Below, in pieces: positions 39,241-49,039 of a DNA stretch of 54,927 nt. Origin of the DNA: an uncultured Candidatus Planktophila sp. (GTDB lineage: Bacteria; Actinomycetota; Actinomycetes; Nanopelagicales; Nanopelagicaceae); NCBI GenBank assembly GCA_964349605.1, contig CAYGHJ010000001.1, forward strand, positions 1 to 54,927, written 5' to 3'. Made by a program: the position numbers and the translations under genes. A model generated the notes under the pieces. The model was given only the letters and a program-made list of their open reading frames with translations. It was not told where the DNA came from and did no database searches. How positions within the stretch are numbered: the stretch's first letter is position 1; the number at the start of each line of letters is the position of its first letter.

Positions 39241-41759
39241 TAGGCCATAATCCTTTCATTTGAAGGATCAAAGACCGATGTCGCACCTACTTCAGCAACT
39301 GAACATGGGTAGTGCTCACCTAAGTATTCAACGATGAACTTATTACCAACAACTGCAAGGTCAGTTGGTAGGTATGACATCAATATGTGTTTGCCAAGTG
39401 AAGGAGCAGATCCCGCACTTGTCACATATGAGCGACGGCCATGGGAATCCACAATCGGCGCTTTATCAAGAGTAAGAATTGGTTCGTTACCCATCATGTA
39501 TCTTTTTTCACCAGTAGATGAGGTGTGATCATCAACAAATAGTGTGCAGAGCATTGCGATTGGTTTTTCGCTTCGGTGCTTAACATGCGCCGCTTTGCCG
39601 ATAAATTCAGCTTCTTTTAGCTTAGGAGATTGCATCCCAGCTTCCACAACTGTGTACTCGGTCTCAAGTTCAGGGCCATACGCGCGGTAACACTTTTCTA
39701 ACCGCCCAGTAGTGCCATAAACACCAATACCCACTGGAATCATCTCGTGCTTCTTACCGCTTTCCCACAACATTTCCCACAATTTTGCGCCCTGTTCGAT
39801 TGGAATGTAGAACTCCCAGCCAAGATCGCCAACGTATGAGATGCGAGAGGCGAGAACGCGAAGTGGTCCAACCTCAATAACTTTGCAGGTGCTGAACTTA
39901 AATGCATCTTTACCCATGTCGCTCTTTGTTATCGCTTGAATTATTTCGCGTGCTTTAGGTCCCCAGACACCGATAGTTGTGTATGAAGATGTTAGGTCAA
40001 AAATTTGTGCCGAACCGTCGGCCGGTAACAAGTCGCCAAACCACTTCTTATCTGCCATTCCATGAGCACCACCTGTCACAACTCGGAAGTGATTGATATC
40101 AAGACGCATAATTGTTAAATCTGATTTGAACCCTCCATTAGGTCCAAGAACTGGTGTGTAAACAACTCGGCCAATGGCCACATCCATCTGTCGCAATGCA
40201 GCTTTTTGTACCACCGCTAGCGCACTTGGCCCAGTTACATCAAAAATGGTAAAGGCTGAAAGGTCAACAATTCCTGCAGTTTCGCGCATTTGTAAGTGCT
40301 CAGCATTAATAATTGGCGACCACCATCGCGACTCCCACTCGGAGGTACGTGGCATTACTTTCTCACCAAATTTTTCAACGAGATTCTTATTCGATTCATA
40401 CCAGAATGGACGCTCCCAGCCAGCAGTTTCATAGAAGACTGCGCCAAGCTCTTTCTCTGCCGCATAAAACGGTGAGAGGCGAACATTTCGATTTGACGCA
40501 TACTGCTCAAGTGGATGAACTATTCCGTACGTTTTATTGAAGCTCTCATCAACTCGAGCCTTAATATGGAACTCAGCTTTTTGGTGATCATGAAAACGTG
40601 CGATATTTGATGAGTGCAGATCGATCTCTGAATCACCAAGAATCATCCACTCGGCCACTGATTTTGAAGTTCCAGGTCCTTCTTTAATCCATACTGCCGC
40701 AACAGACCATAGACCTTTAACTTCCGGAGTTTCACCGAGGATTGGCATTCCATCTGGCGTGTAAGAAAGGATTCCATTGATTGCATACTTTTCGCGCACG
40801 TTCTCATCGCCGACTATTGATGGCATTAATTCATAGGCATGTTCATCTTGAATATCAAAGTCAGCTTGAGTGAAGGCAAACTCTGTTGGTGAAAGTGCTG
40901 CCGTTGCATTTGATGGTAAATCCTCTGGAGTGTAAAGAATTGGTCGGTGAGCATAAGATCCAATCTCAAGACCTGTTCCATGTTGGCGCTCGTACATAAA
41001 GACATCCATGTCTCGCACAATTGGCCACTCGATATCGCCTTTAGCATCCTTAAAAAATGGAACTGGCCCAATGTCCTTCATTTGGTGCACGGCTGGCGTT
41101 AAGGGGATGTGTGCACCCGCCATCGCTGCAAGTTTGGGCGACCAGCAACCAGTTGCAATAACAACATACTCTGCCGCGATTGTGCCTTGATCTGTAATAA
41201 CACCAGTGACATGTCCATTCTCAACAGAAATATCTAGAACTTCAATATTGGCAAAAGATTGTGCAGCACCGCTTTCGATTGCGTGTTCGCGCATCAAAGT
41301 TCCGGTGCGAAGTGAATCAACTACACCTACAGTTGGCTGATAGTAGCCACCCAAAATCACGCTCTCATCTATGTATGGAACAAGGGTTTTGACTTGTTCA
41401 GGCGTAAGGATTTGACCACCATCAATTCCCCACGATTTTGCTGAAGTAATACGGCGTGCAAGCTCTTGCATTCGCTCTGGAGTGCGAGCTACTTCAATGC
41501 CGCCGGTTTCAGTAAATGTTCCCCACTCTTTATATTGGCGCATACTCTCGGCAGTTATCGCCGTCATCTCTTTTGAATGATCGACAGGAAAAATAAAGTT
41601 AGAGGCATGCCCTGTTGAGCCACCAGGGTTTGGCAGTGGACCCTTATCGATCTGAACTATATTTTCCCAACCTAATTTTGCTAAGTGATAGACCATTCCG
41701 TTGCCGACAATACCTGCGCCAATTACAACGCACTTTGCTTTTTCAGGTAACTTGCTCAT
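39240..41759 (-). CDS. GcvT-family dimethylglycine/sarcosine dehydrogenase
   Basis: IGAGIVG, GSTGHA, YTPDG, THF-binding C-domain RISYVGDLGWE; adjacent to ETF genes. Confidence 0.88.
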   Translation of the reverse strand: MSKLPEKAKCVVIGAGIVGNGMVYHLAKLGWENIVQIDKGPLPNPGGSTGHASNFIFPVDHSKEMTAITAESMRQYKEWGTFTETGGIEVARTPERMQELARRITSAKSWGIDGGQILTPEQVKTLVPYIDESVILGGYYQPTVGVVDSLRTGTLMREHAIESGAAQSFANIEVLDISVENGHVTGVITDQGTIAAEYVVIATGCWSPKLAAMAGAHIPLTPAVHQMKDIGPVPFFKDAKGDIEWPIVRDMDVFMYERQHGTGLEIGSYAHRPILYTPEDLPSNATAALSPTEFAFTQADFDIQDEHAYELMPSIVGDENVREKYAINGILSYTPDGMPILGETPEVKGLWSVAAVWIKEGPGTSKSVAEWMILGDSEIDLHSSNIARFHDHQKAEFHIKARVDESFNKTYGIVHPLEQYASNRNVRLSPFYAAEKELGAVFYETAGWERPFWYESNKNLVEKFGEKVMPRTSEWESRWWSPIINAEHLQMRETAGIVDLSAFTIFDVTGPSALAVVQKAALRQMDVAIGRVVYTPVLGPNGGFKSDLTIMRLDINHFRVVTGGAHGMADKKWFGDLLPADGSAQIFDLTSSYTTIGVWGPKAREIIQAITKSDMGKDAFKFSTCKVIEVGPLRVLASRISYVGDLGWEFYIPIEQGAKLWEMLWESGKKHEMIPVGIGVYGTTGRLEKCYRAYGPELETEYTVVEAGMQSPKLKEAEFIGKAAHVKHRSEKPIAMLCTLFVDDHTSSTGEKRYMMGNEPILTLDKAPIVDSHGRRSYVTSAGSAPSLGKHILMSYLPTDLAVVGNKFIVEYLGEHYPCSVAEVGATSVFDPSNERIMA

Positions 41760-41791
41760 ATCACTTATCCTCGGTTCTTTTTAGTGGTGGG

Positions 41792-42454
41792 TTATAAAGA
41801 TTTACGGATTGATGCTTCAAAACCTTCGACGTGGCTGCGCATTGCTTTACCGGCAGCAATCGAATCACTCTTTGAGATTGCCTCAAGCAAAGCACTGTGC
41901 TCAATAATCGCTTCAGCTAAACCTGTGACTCGATCAAGGGCTAAGAACCAGATTCGCAGGGCATGTGCGTAGTAATTATCTAATGCAGTGGCTAAAAATT
42001 CGTTGTGTGCACATTGATAGATGTGATGATGAATGCGCTGATCTAGACCGATTAAAGTTGCCATATTTACATCGCCTTTAATGGCCTTTATTTCGGCGAT
42101 GAGAGCAGTAGTAACTGCATGATCAGCTAACGTAGATCGCTCGGCCGCGAGTTCAGCGGCTTTAATTTCAAGGAGCGCGCGGATTTCAGAGAGCGCTGAG
42201 AGATTTTGCACATCAACCGTGGAGACAAACATTCCCCGACGAGGATAGACCTCCACCAACTTTTCATTGGCTAAAGATCGAAGGGCTTCACGAATCGGCG
42301 TACGACCGAAGCCGAGTTTTGCCATTAATTCACTCTCACTGAGAAGCGATCCTGGAAGTAATTCCAGCGTGATGATCATTGAGCGTATTTGGCTATAGGC
42401 CTCCGCTGAAAGTGAGCTACTCCCTCTCGAGAGGATGTGTATAGCCTGACCCAT
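41792..42454 (-). CDS. GntR (FCD) transcriptional regulator
   Basis: LSESEL...GRTPIREAL. Confidence 0.92.
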   Translation of the reverse strand: MGQAIHILSRGSSSLSAEAYSQIRSMIITLELLPGSLLSESELMAKLGFGRTPIREALRSLANEKLVEVYPRRGMFVSTVDVQNLSALSEIRALLEIKAAELAAERSTLADHAVTTALIAEIKAIKGDVNMATLIGLDQRIHHHIYQCAHNEFLATALDNYYAHALRIWFLALDRVTGLAEAIIEHSALLEAISKSDSIAAGKAMRSHVEGFEASIRKSL

Positions 42455-42462
42455 AGAGTTGA

Positions 42463-42495
42463 TGATATATCAGTACGATGCCGATTGATACACCA
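42463..42495. promoter_or_regulatory. Probable GntR operator pair overlapping a leaderless promoter
   Basis: Palindrome TGATATATCA (42463-42472) and variant TGATACACCA (42486-42495); TATCAT 7 nt before the ATG on the minus strand. Confidence 0.5.
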
Positions 42496-42502
42496 GCGAG
42501 AA

Positions 42503-43237
42503 CTATCCGAGGTAGTACTTCTGAAATAACCAGGCTGAGGCGGTGAAACCTACGCCCAAGATCAAGGTACGGTAGACAAAGACAGGCATGCGTGCAGCCC
42601 ACCGACCACCGATCGTGCCACCAATACTTGAGCCTAGTACGAGGGCAAGAACGACCGGCCAGACGGCCCGACCACTAAAGATATAGATGAGGTTGGAGAT
42701 GAGTGAGGTCCACCCAACGATGAGGTTCTTTGCGGTATTTAAGCTTTTGGGATTGCGCCGAATATCTCGAGCAAGGACGGCGATAACCATGACACCTTGA
42801 CCGGGCCCAAAGTATCCGCAATATAGCCCACTTCCAAAAATTCCAATTTTTTCTACTTGCTCGTGCCGTGCTCCTCTATCGGGTTTGGCCTTAATTAAAA
42901 AGGAGAGGCTTGCAAAAAGAAGGAGAAAGGGCACCATCTTTTCAAATACGCCTGGTGGGACCGCCAATAGAGCCACGGCTCCGATAGTTGAACCGGTAAT
43001 TGAGATGAGGATTAACGTCTTGTATTGCCGAAAGTAGGCACGCATTTGATGTCGCACGGCAATGAGTGCAAAGAAATTTGCTGGAGTAACCCCAAGAGCG
43101 TTCGAAATTGCCGCGCTCACAGGTGACATTCCAGTTGCAAGCAAAACAGGATATGAGATAACCGATGCTCCGCCTGCCATTCCATTTATTCCGCCGACTA
43201 AAATACCGACTGCGAATATTAGGAAGTATTCAAGCAT
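42503..43237 (-). CDS. TauE/SafE (TSUP) family transporter
   Basis: GGINGMAGG, GLYCGYFGPG. Confidence 0.85.
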   Translation of the reverse strand: MLEYFLIFAVGILVGGINGMAGGASVISYPVLLATGMSPVSAAISNALGVTPANFFALIAVRHQMRAYFRQYKTLILISITGSTIGAVALLAVPPGVFEKMVPFLLLFASLSFLIKAKPDRGARHEQVEKIGIFGSGLYCGYFGPGQGVMVIAVLARDIRRNPKSLNTAKNLIVGWTSLISNLIYIFSGRAVWPVVLALVLGSSIGGTIGGRWAARMPVFVYRTLILGVGFTASAWLFQKYYLG

Positions 43238-43259
43238 GGCTTAACCATACAATGGGGAA

Positions 43260-43505
43260 ATGGATAATGGGGTAGAAATTAGATTCTTTGCCGCCGCTCG
43301 TGCTGCCGCGGGCGTCGATCAGATCTTTTGTCCCAGCGCGCAATTTCAAGAGATTATCGGAGAGCTCTGTCGAACTCAACCCGCTCTGGCCCATGTTATT
43401 GAGCAGTGTAGTTTTTTACTTGACTCAGTTGCTGTGCATGATCAAAATTTTGTTGTACATGACGGAAGCGTTATTGATGTGCTTCCACGCTTCGCCGGTG
43501 GCTAG
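43260..43505 (+). CDS. moaD: Molybdopterin synthase sulfur carrier
   Basis: RFFAAARAAAG, C-terminal FAGG. Confidence 0.85.
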   Translation: MDNGVEIRFFAAARAAAGVDQIFCPSAQFQEIIGELCRTQPALAHVIEQCSFLLDSVAVHDQNFVVHDGSVIDVLPRFAGG

Positions 43506-43928
43506 CTAAGCCGTATTGACCCACTCGTCGGTTCCATCGGAAAAGCGTTGATGCTTCCAAATAGGTAATTTAGCTTTAATCTCATCGACTATGGCCGAGC
43601 AGGTTTCAAAAGCCGCTTCTCTGTGTTCGGCCGAAACTGCAACGGCAAAGGCGGTTTCTCCAATTGCTATCTCACCGTATCTATGTGAAAGCGCTACTTT
43701 TATTACATCGCGCTGCGTAAGTAATGCATCTGTAATTAGCGCGATTTGATCGTTGGCAGTTGGATGAATCTCATAGGTCAACGTTAAAACCTCCCTGCCT
43801 CCATCATGATTTCGCACATCTCCACTGAAAACCACAACTGCGCCAGCGCGTTTATCTCTAACCAGTTCGGCAAGCTCCTCAACCTCAATAATTTGCGTCG
43901 TAACATCTGCGCGCATTACCTCTGACAT
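43506..43928 (-). CDS. moaE: Molybdopterin synthase catalytic subunit
   Basis: GAVVVFSGDVR, HRYG, HREAAF, PIWK. Confidence 0.92.
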   Translation of the reverse strand: MSEVMRADVTTQIIEVEELAELVRDKRAGAVVVFSGDVRNHDGGREVLTLTYEIHPTANDQIALITDALLTQRDVIKVALSHRYGEIAIGETAFAVAVSAEHREAAFETCSAIVDEIKAKLPIWKHQRFSDGTDEWVNTA

Positions 43929-44407
43929 CAGTGGTCCCTACCATCGAGTTGATCCAATATATGTCCTGCTAGCCGCTCAATTATTACTAAGCCATCACGT
44001 ACCGCACCTGGTGAACCTGGCAGATTAATTATTAATGACGTGCCATTAGTTCCAGTTAAACCCCGTGTTAAATCAGATGTCGGTACTTTTTCTCTAGAAT
44101 ATGCCCGCATAGCTTCAGAAAAACCTGGAATAGATTTCTCAATGAATACCGCAGTGGCCTCTGGGGTGACATCAGTTGGTGAAACTCCTGTGCCACCTGT
44201 CGTAACTATTAAACGAATTTTTTTGGCCAGTGCTTCCAAAATCTGCGCTGAGATTGCTTCGACATCATCGGCCACTATGACTGGTTTACTTACTTCATAT
44301 CCCAGCGTGATTAATCCATATCGAAGCACTTCACCACTTACATCGTCATAGAGACCTTGGGACGCTCGGTTACTAGCTGTAATGACGCATGCACTTCGCT
44401 TATTCAC
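43928..44407 (-). CDS. MogA/MoaB molybdopterin adenylyltransferase
   Basis: TTGGTG...DVTPEA, NLPGSP. Confidence 0.9.
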   Translation of the reverse strand: MNKRSACVITASNRASQGLYDDVSGEVLRYGLITLGYEVSKPVIVADDVEAISAQILEALAKKIRLIVTTGGTGVSPTDVTPEATAVFIEKSIPGFSEAMRAYSREKVPTSDLTRGLTGTNGTSLIINLPGSPGAVRDGLVIIERLAGHILDQLDGRDH

Positions 44408-44877
44408 GAGCGTGTCCAGTCACCATTCTTACCGCCTGACTTTGAATCTACCTGTATATCGGTAATGCTTGCATGTGGATCCAACGCTTTCACCATATCG
44501 ATTATGGTTAAAGCAGCAACGCTTACCGCAGTTAACGCCTCCATCTCGACCCCTGTGCGATCCGAAGTAATTACTTGTCCTTTAATAGCAACTCCAGAAT
44601 CAATGATGGCTAAATCAATATTTATTTTATTGATTGCAATTGGATGTGTGAGTGGAATCAATTCACTTGTTTTCTTTGCGGCCATAATTCCCGCTATGCG
44701 AGCCGTCGTAAGTACATCACCTTTAGGTGTTGCACCATCTCGTAAGAGTGCCACTACATGTGCGGATAGATTAACTGTGGCGGATGTGTATGCAGTCCGA
44801 ACTGTAATTTCGCGGCCGGTAACATCGACCATATTGGCCTCTCCAGCCTTATTTAAATGTGTTAGACCATCGCTCAT
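44404..44877 (-). CDS. moaC: Cyclic pyranopterin monophosphate synthase
   Basis: MVDV, KGDVL, TGVEMEAL, KSGG. Confidence 0.95.
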   Translation of the reverse strand: MSDGLTHLNKAGEANMVDVTGREITVRTAYTSATVNLSAHVVALLRDGATPKGDVLTTARIAGIMAAKKTSELIPLTHPIAINKINIDLAIIDSGVAIKGQVITSDRTGVEMEALTAVSVAALTIIDMVKALDPHASITDIQVDSKSGGKNGDWTRS

Positions 44878-44895
44878 ATAGTTAACTCTATTTCC

Positions 44896-46056
44896 TCAAG
44901 GCAGCGATAGCCAACGGACAGGATCTCCTGCAGGTGTTAACTCTTTTGTGACCACGGCAAATCCAGTTGCATGCGCTAAACCACGCAACATCGCAGATCC
45001 TAAATACTGGCCGACTTCAAACTGGCCATCGACAATATTCCCGATTATCACACGCGTGGAATCTTTAGGTGCAGTTAATTCATTCCTACTTAAAATGGTT
45101 GGGAGCTGTTTGGGAGTTCGACCGAGCATTGATTCAATTACTGGAGCACCGAGTGACATCAAAGCCACTATGGCTGATTGAGGATTCCCGGGTAGTCCCA
45201 ATAGTGCAGTCTTATTAATGCGGGCTAACAACATTGGATGGCCTGGGCGTACTGCCACGGTATCTACAAGTATCTGCGCCTGCAGCTGGTGCAAAGCTTC
45301 ATGAAGAAAATCGCGTGGGCCTTGGGCGGTGCCCCCAGTCGTAATGACGATGTCGGCATGTGCGCATGCTTGATTGAGGGCTTGGACTACGTGCGATATT
45401 TCATCAGAAATAAAGTTGGTGCTAATGACCTCGCAGCCCATTTTCTCCAACCAACCTGGTAACTGGGGACCCAATGCATCTCGTACTAATCCATCACTTG
45501 GTATTCCCGATAATTGAATTTCATCTCCAAATAGAAGAAGTGCAACGTGCGGCCGCCTAGTCACATGAATCTCATCTAAACCAGCTGCCGACAGCAGACC
45601 AATAGTTCCAGGATTTAATTCGGATCCTGCAAAAGCAATCAATTCTCCAGACTTGCATTCATGAGCTGCAGGGCGAATATCCTGATTTTCAGATACTTCA
45701 CCTTCAAGAACATCTCCATCTACTTGTGCAACTTCCCACCTAATGACTCCGAATGTGCCAGTTGGAATCACTGCGCCAGTAGCAATACCAACTGCACAAC
45801 CGTATGGCAGCTCATCCTTCATGGGAAGGCCAGCTTTTATCTCGCCGATGATTTTCCATGGACCGCGTCCTGCAACCGCATATCCGTCCATTGCCGATGT
45901 TGCATACGTTGGTAAATCGCAGAGCGCATGTACGTCTCTCGAAAGAGTTCTGGCAAGACCATGACGAACTTCCATTAACTCATCACTTAATGCCCCAAAA
46001 GAATCGGCAGCGATTATGCGGGCGGCATCCCAGCTGCCTTCAATAAGTGCGCTCAT
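44896..46056 (-). CDS. moeA: Molybdopterin molybdotransferase
   Basis: SAMDGYA, IATGA, TTGG, GLPGNP. Confidence 0.92.
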   Translation of the reverse strand: MSALIEGSWDAARIIAADSFGALSDELMEVRHGLARTLSRDVHALCDLPTYATSAMDGYAVAGRGPWKIIGEIKAGLPMKDELPYGCAVGIATGAVIPTGTFGVIRWEVAQVDGDVLEGEVSENQDIRPAAHECKSGELIAFAGSELNPGTIGLLSAAGLDEIHVTRRPHVALLLFGDEIQLSGIPSDGLVRDALGPQLPGWLEKMGCEVISTNFISDEISHVVQALNQACAHADIVITTGGTAQGPRDFLHEALHQLQAQILVDTVAVRPGHPMLLARINKTALLGLPGNPQSAIVALMSLGAPVIESMLGRTPKQLPTILSRNELTAPKDSTRVIIGNIVDGQFEVGQYLGSAMLRGLAHATGFAVVTKELTPAGDPVRWLSLP

Positions 46057-46655
46057 AACTGCACATCATCCTGGATGTGTTTAGCAGTAGCAATTGCACG
46101 CTCAAGATCTTCTGGAGTATCAATATCAATGAGCGCTTGTGCAACCTCTTTACTCATTGCAATTTCACGGATTTGAAGATATGAAAGCATCCTTTGCATT
46201 GATTGCCCATCGGCATTGCCCATCAGCGATAGTGCTCGCTCCACTGCTTCGACACGATAAATAGCGGCGAGTGATTGCTTAAATCCTTCTGCATCAACAT
46301 ACATAACGGCATCATCATGCGGCTTCATTGAGTCCATAAGATGTAGTGTGCGAGATACCGCAAAGGGCATATCCGTTGCAATTAGAACAACGATCTCGCT
46401 CGTGCAGATTTCAAGACCGGCTTTAAATCCAGCAACTGGTCCACCACCGATGGGGTTTTCTTGCACGGTTCTATAAAGTGAAGTGCGAATCATTGGATCT
46501 GGCCCAACAATTACTGTTTCGAACTCAGATGGAATCGATGCAAGAATTCGTTCAATTAAACTTATTCCGCCGATTATTGCTTGCGATTTATCGGAGCCGA
46601 AACGTTTGCTTGTGCCTCCCGTTAAGATTATGACGCTCGCGCTATTAGATTGCAT
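46053..46655 (-). CDS. mobA: Molybdenum cofactor guanylyltransferase
   Basis: ILTGGTSKRFGSDK, GGPVAG, TDMPF, DIDTPED; start taken at MQSN (46655). Confidence 0.88.
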   Translation of the reverse strand: MQSNSASVIILTGGTSKRFGSDKSQAIIGGISLIERILASIPSEFETVIVGPDPMIRTSLYRTVQENPIGGGPVAGFKAGLEICTSEIVVLIATDMPFAVSRTLHLMDSMKPHDDAVMYVDAEGFKQSLAAIYRVEAVERALSLMGNADGQSMQRMLSYLQIREIAMSKEVAQALIDIDTPEDLERAIATAKHIQDDVQL

Positions 46656-46673
46656 GTGACTAGGATACCGACT

Positions 46674-48230
46674 ATGGCTTTTGGACGTGGTGAGGCTAAC
46701 GCCCTTGGTTGGCGCGATATTGTTGAAATCGAGCAAGAAGAACACATTGGTCACGCCTTTCCGAAAACAAGTACGCCGCTGCTTCTCATGCACCACCTAT
46801 CTGATTTGCATGTATGTGATGCACAATCACCAACGCGTCCTGAATATTTAGATCGTTGGGCCGATCCCGATAGTCCAATCCGCGAAAAAGTTGGAACCAT
46901 CGGAACATATCGTCCACATTCAATGTTATCCCCACATGTCGTGGAGGCCATGGTTCAATCGCTCAATGCAATTACATCAGGTCCACTCTCGGGCCATGCG
47001 ATAGATGCTGCAATCATCACTGGCGACACAACTGATAACGCGCAGTTAAATGAAGTAAGTTGGTATTTAGCGCTTTTAGATGGTTTAGATTTTAGGCCAG
47101 ACTCTGGAAATTACGAAAGTTACGAAGGCGTCATTGATGAGGGTGTTGAGAATTACGATCTTCGATATTGGCATCCTCATGGGACTCCCCCTGGAAAAGA
47201 AGATGATGATGCTCGGGCTAAGTATGGCTTCCCCCTCATCCCTAATCTATTGAACTCCTGTCGGAGACCTTTCAAAGCTACTGGGTTAAAATTTCCTTGG
47301 TTTGCAGTGCACGGAAATCACGATGCTCTTTTGCAAGGCACTGTTGCACCAGCACCGGCAATAAATAAAGAGATGATCGGTAACAAGCGATACATTGGCT
47401 TACCTTCGGATGTGACTCTTGCCGATGTACTTACAAGTTTTCAAGAAATTGGTCCCGCCAGTTATCCTGATGCATTTGATGCTCCATTTGTTGAGGTGAC
47501 TGCAGACATCGAAAGACGAGCAGTTGAGCGCGGTGAATTTGCAGCAATGCATTTGGCTTCACCAGGTTTGCCTGTAGGTCATGGATTCACGGAGGAAAAT
47601 GTTGATAAGAAACACATGTATTACTCAACTGAGATCGGTAAAGTAAAACTAATAGTTATTGACAGTGTTAATCACTTTGGAGGTTGGCAAGGCTCGCTAG
47701 ATGTCGAACAGTTTGAGTGGTTGGAGCGTGAGGTTTCTTGCGCAGATAGGCCCGTGGTACTTGCCTCCCATCATCCATTGAGCAAGATGTTTAATAGTTA
47801 TGCACCGGTTGGTAAGCGAATATGTGTTGAAGAGATTCAGGAGATGCTACTGAAATATCCTGGCATTATCGCCTGGTTTGCCGGTCACGAACATCGCCAC
47901 CACATACAGTGGGTTGGACCCGAAGAAGAGGTGCGTGGTTTCTGGCAGATAGAAACAGCCTCACATGCTGATTGGCCACAACAATCACGCACAATTGAAA
48001 TTGTTCAGGATGAGTTTGGAGATATTTATTGTGGACTAACCGTTATCGATCATTTAGGTGGGGCTCATTACGGTAATGCAACTGACCCAGTTGAGATAGC
48101 GGCACTTTCAAGAGCACTCAGTGCGAACATTTGGCAGAAAAGAGCGGAATTAGGCGCAACCCACGACGTTAATTGGTGGTGCGGGCGGCCAACTGATCGC
48201 AATGTTGTTTTAAAAATTAGAAAGCGTTAA
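46674..48230 (+). CDS. Metallophosphoesterase (TIGR03767-like)
   Basis: SDLH, TGD, GNHD, SHH, GHEH; start uncertain. Confidence 0.82.
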   Translation: MAFGRGEANALGWRDIVEIEQEEHIGHAFPKTSTPLLLMHHLSDLHVCDAQSPTRPEYLDRWADPDSPIREKVGTIGTYRPHSMLSPHVVEAMVQSLNAITSGPLSGHAIDAAIITGDTTDNAQLNEVSWYLALLDGLDFRPDSGNYESYEGVIDEGVENYDLRYWHPHGTPPGKEDDDARAKYGFPLIPNLLNSCRRPFKATGLKFPWFAVHGNHDALLQGTVAPAPAINKEMIGNKRYIGLPSDVTLADVLTSFQEIGPASYPDAFDAPFVEVTADIERRAVERGEFAAMHLASPGLPVGHGFTEENVDKKHMYYSTEIGKVKLIVIDSVNHFGGWQGSLDVEQFEWLEREVSCADRPVVLASHHPLSKMFNSYAPVGKRICVEEIQEMLLKYPGIIAWFAGHEHRHHIQWVGPEEEVRGFWQIETASHADWPQQSRTIEIVQDEFGDIYCGLTVIDHLGGAHYGNATDPVEIAALSRALSANIWQKRAELGATHDVNWWCGRPTDRNVVLKIRKR

Positions 48231-48682
48231 CTTAAGCGACTTGTTGATTTCTCAATCACCTGTGTCGAGCGCAAAATAATCAAAATAATTAAAGTTAAGC
48301 CGCCACCTGCAACCTGAAAACCAAGGCCAACTGCGACTCCAACGGCAGCAGTTGAAAAAACAGTGGCTGCAGTTGTCACACCTTGAATTCCTGCTGAACG
48401 TTTATCGGTGAAAATTAAGCCTGCACCTAGAAAACCTATGCCCGTGATGATGGCATGAAGAGCCCGAGTTGGGTCGCCAAAATTTGATGCGGCACCAATT
48501 ATCGCACCTATTGCAACAATTGCCGCTGAAGCAGAACCAACAAGCGCCATAGTTCGCGGGCCTGCCGATTTGCCTGCGCGGTCACGCTCCCATCCAATGA
48601 GTGAACCTAAGAATGCTGCAATTGAAGCATTGATGATCACAGAGAGTTGTTGCCATATATCAATAGAGTGAAGGTCGATCAT
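48227..48682 (-). CDS. MgtC/SapB family protein
   Basis: IGWER...AGPRT, DPTR, GIGFLGAG; start uncertain. Confidence 0.88.
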   Translation of the reverse strand: MIDLHSIDIWQQLSVIINASIAAFLGSLIGWERDRAGKSAGPRTMALVGSASAAIVAIGAIIGAASNFGDPTRALHAIITGIGFLGAGLIFTDKRSAGIQGVTTAATVFSTAAVGVAVGLGFQVAGGGLTLIILIILRSTQVIEKSTSRLS

Positions 48683-48742
48683 TGACTCAGGGTAGTGGTT
48701 TTCGAGCAGTTGAGCCATGCTTCGGCCATATAGAATTGCGCT

Positions 48743-49039
48743 ATGAGCCAATATCAAATCATGCGGTGGCGAGAAATCCCTTCAATGGTAATAGCTCGTG
48801 AGGGCGAAACAACAATCAAAGTGATGCTAGCTTCACGTTTTCAAGAGGCTATTGATGAAGCTGCCATGCGCCTTGGCGAAGTCGATGCCGATGCATACAC
48901 CGCCGGTTGGAATCGGGATCCATGGGTTGAGGCGGTTGAGACCCCCGATATTTTGGCGGCCAAGATTGCAACTGAGTTAGAGAGTGAATTGAGTGAAGAA
49001 AAATTAGAGGATCTACTAAAGGTTATGGGAGATAAATAA
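48743..49039 (+). CDS. 'Virulence factor' family small protein associated with corrinoid methyl-transfer genes
   Basis: WREIPS, RFQEAIDEAAM, AYTAGW. Confidence 0.7.
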   Translation: MSQYQIMRWREIPSMVIAREGETTIKVMLASRFQEAIDEAAMRLGEVDADAYTAGWNRDPWVEAVETPDILAAKIATELESELSEEKLEDLLKVMGDK

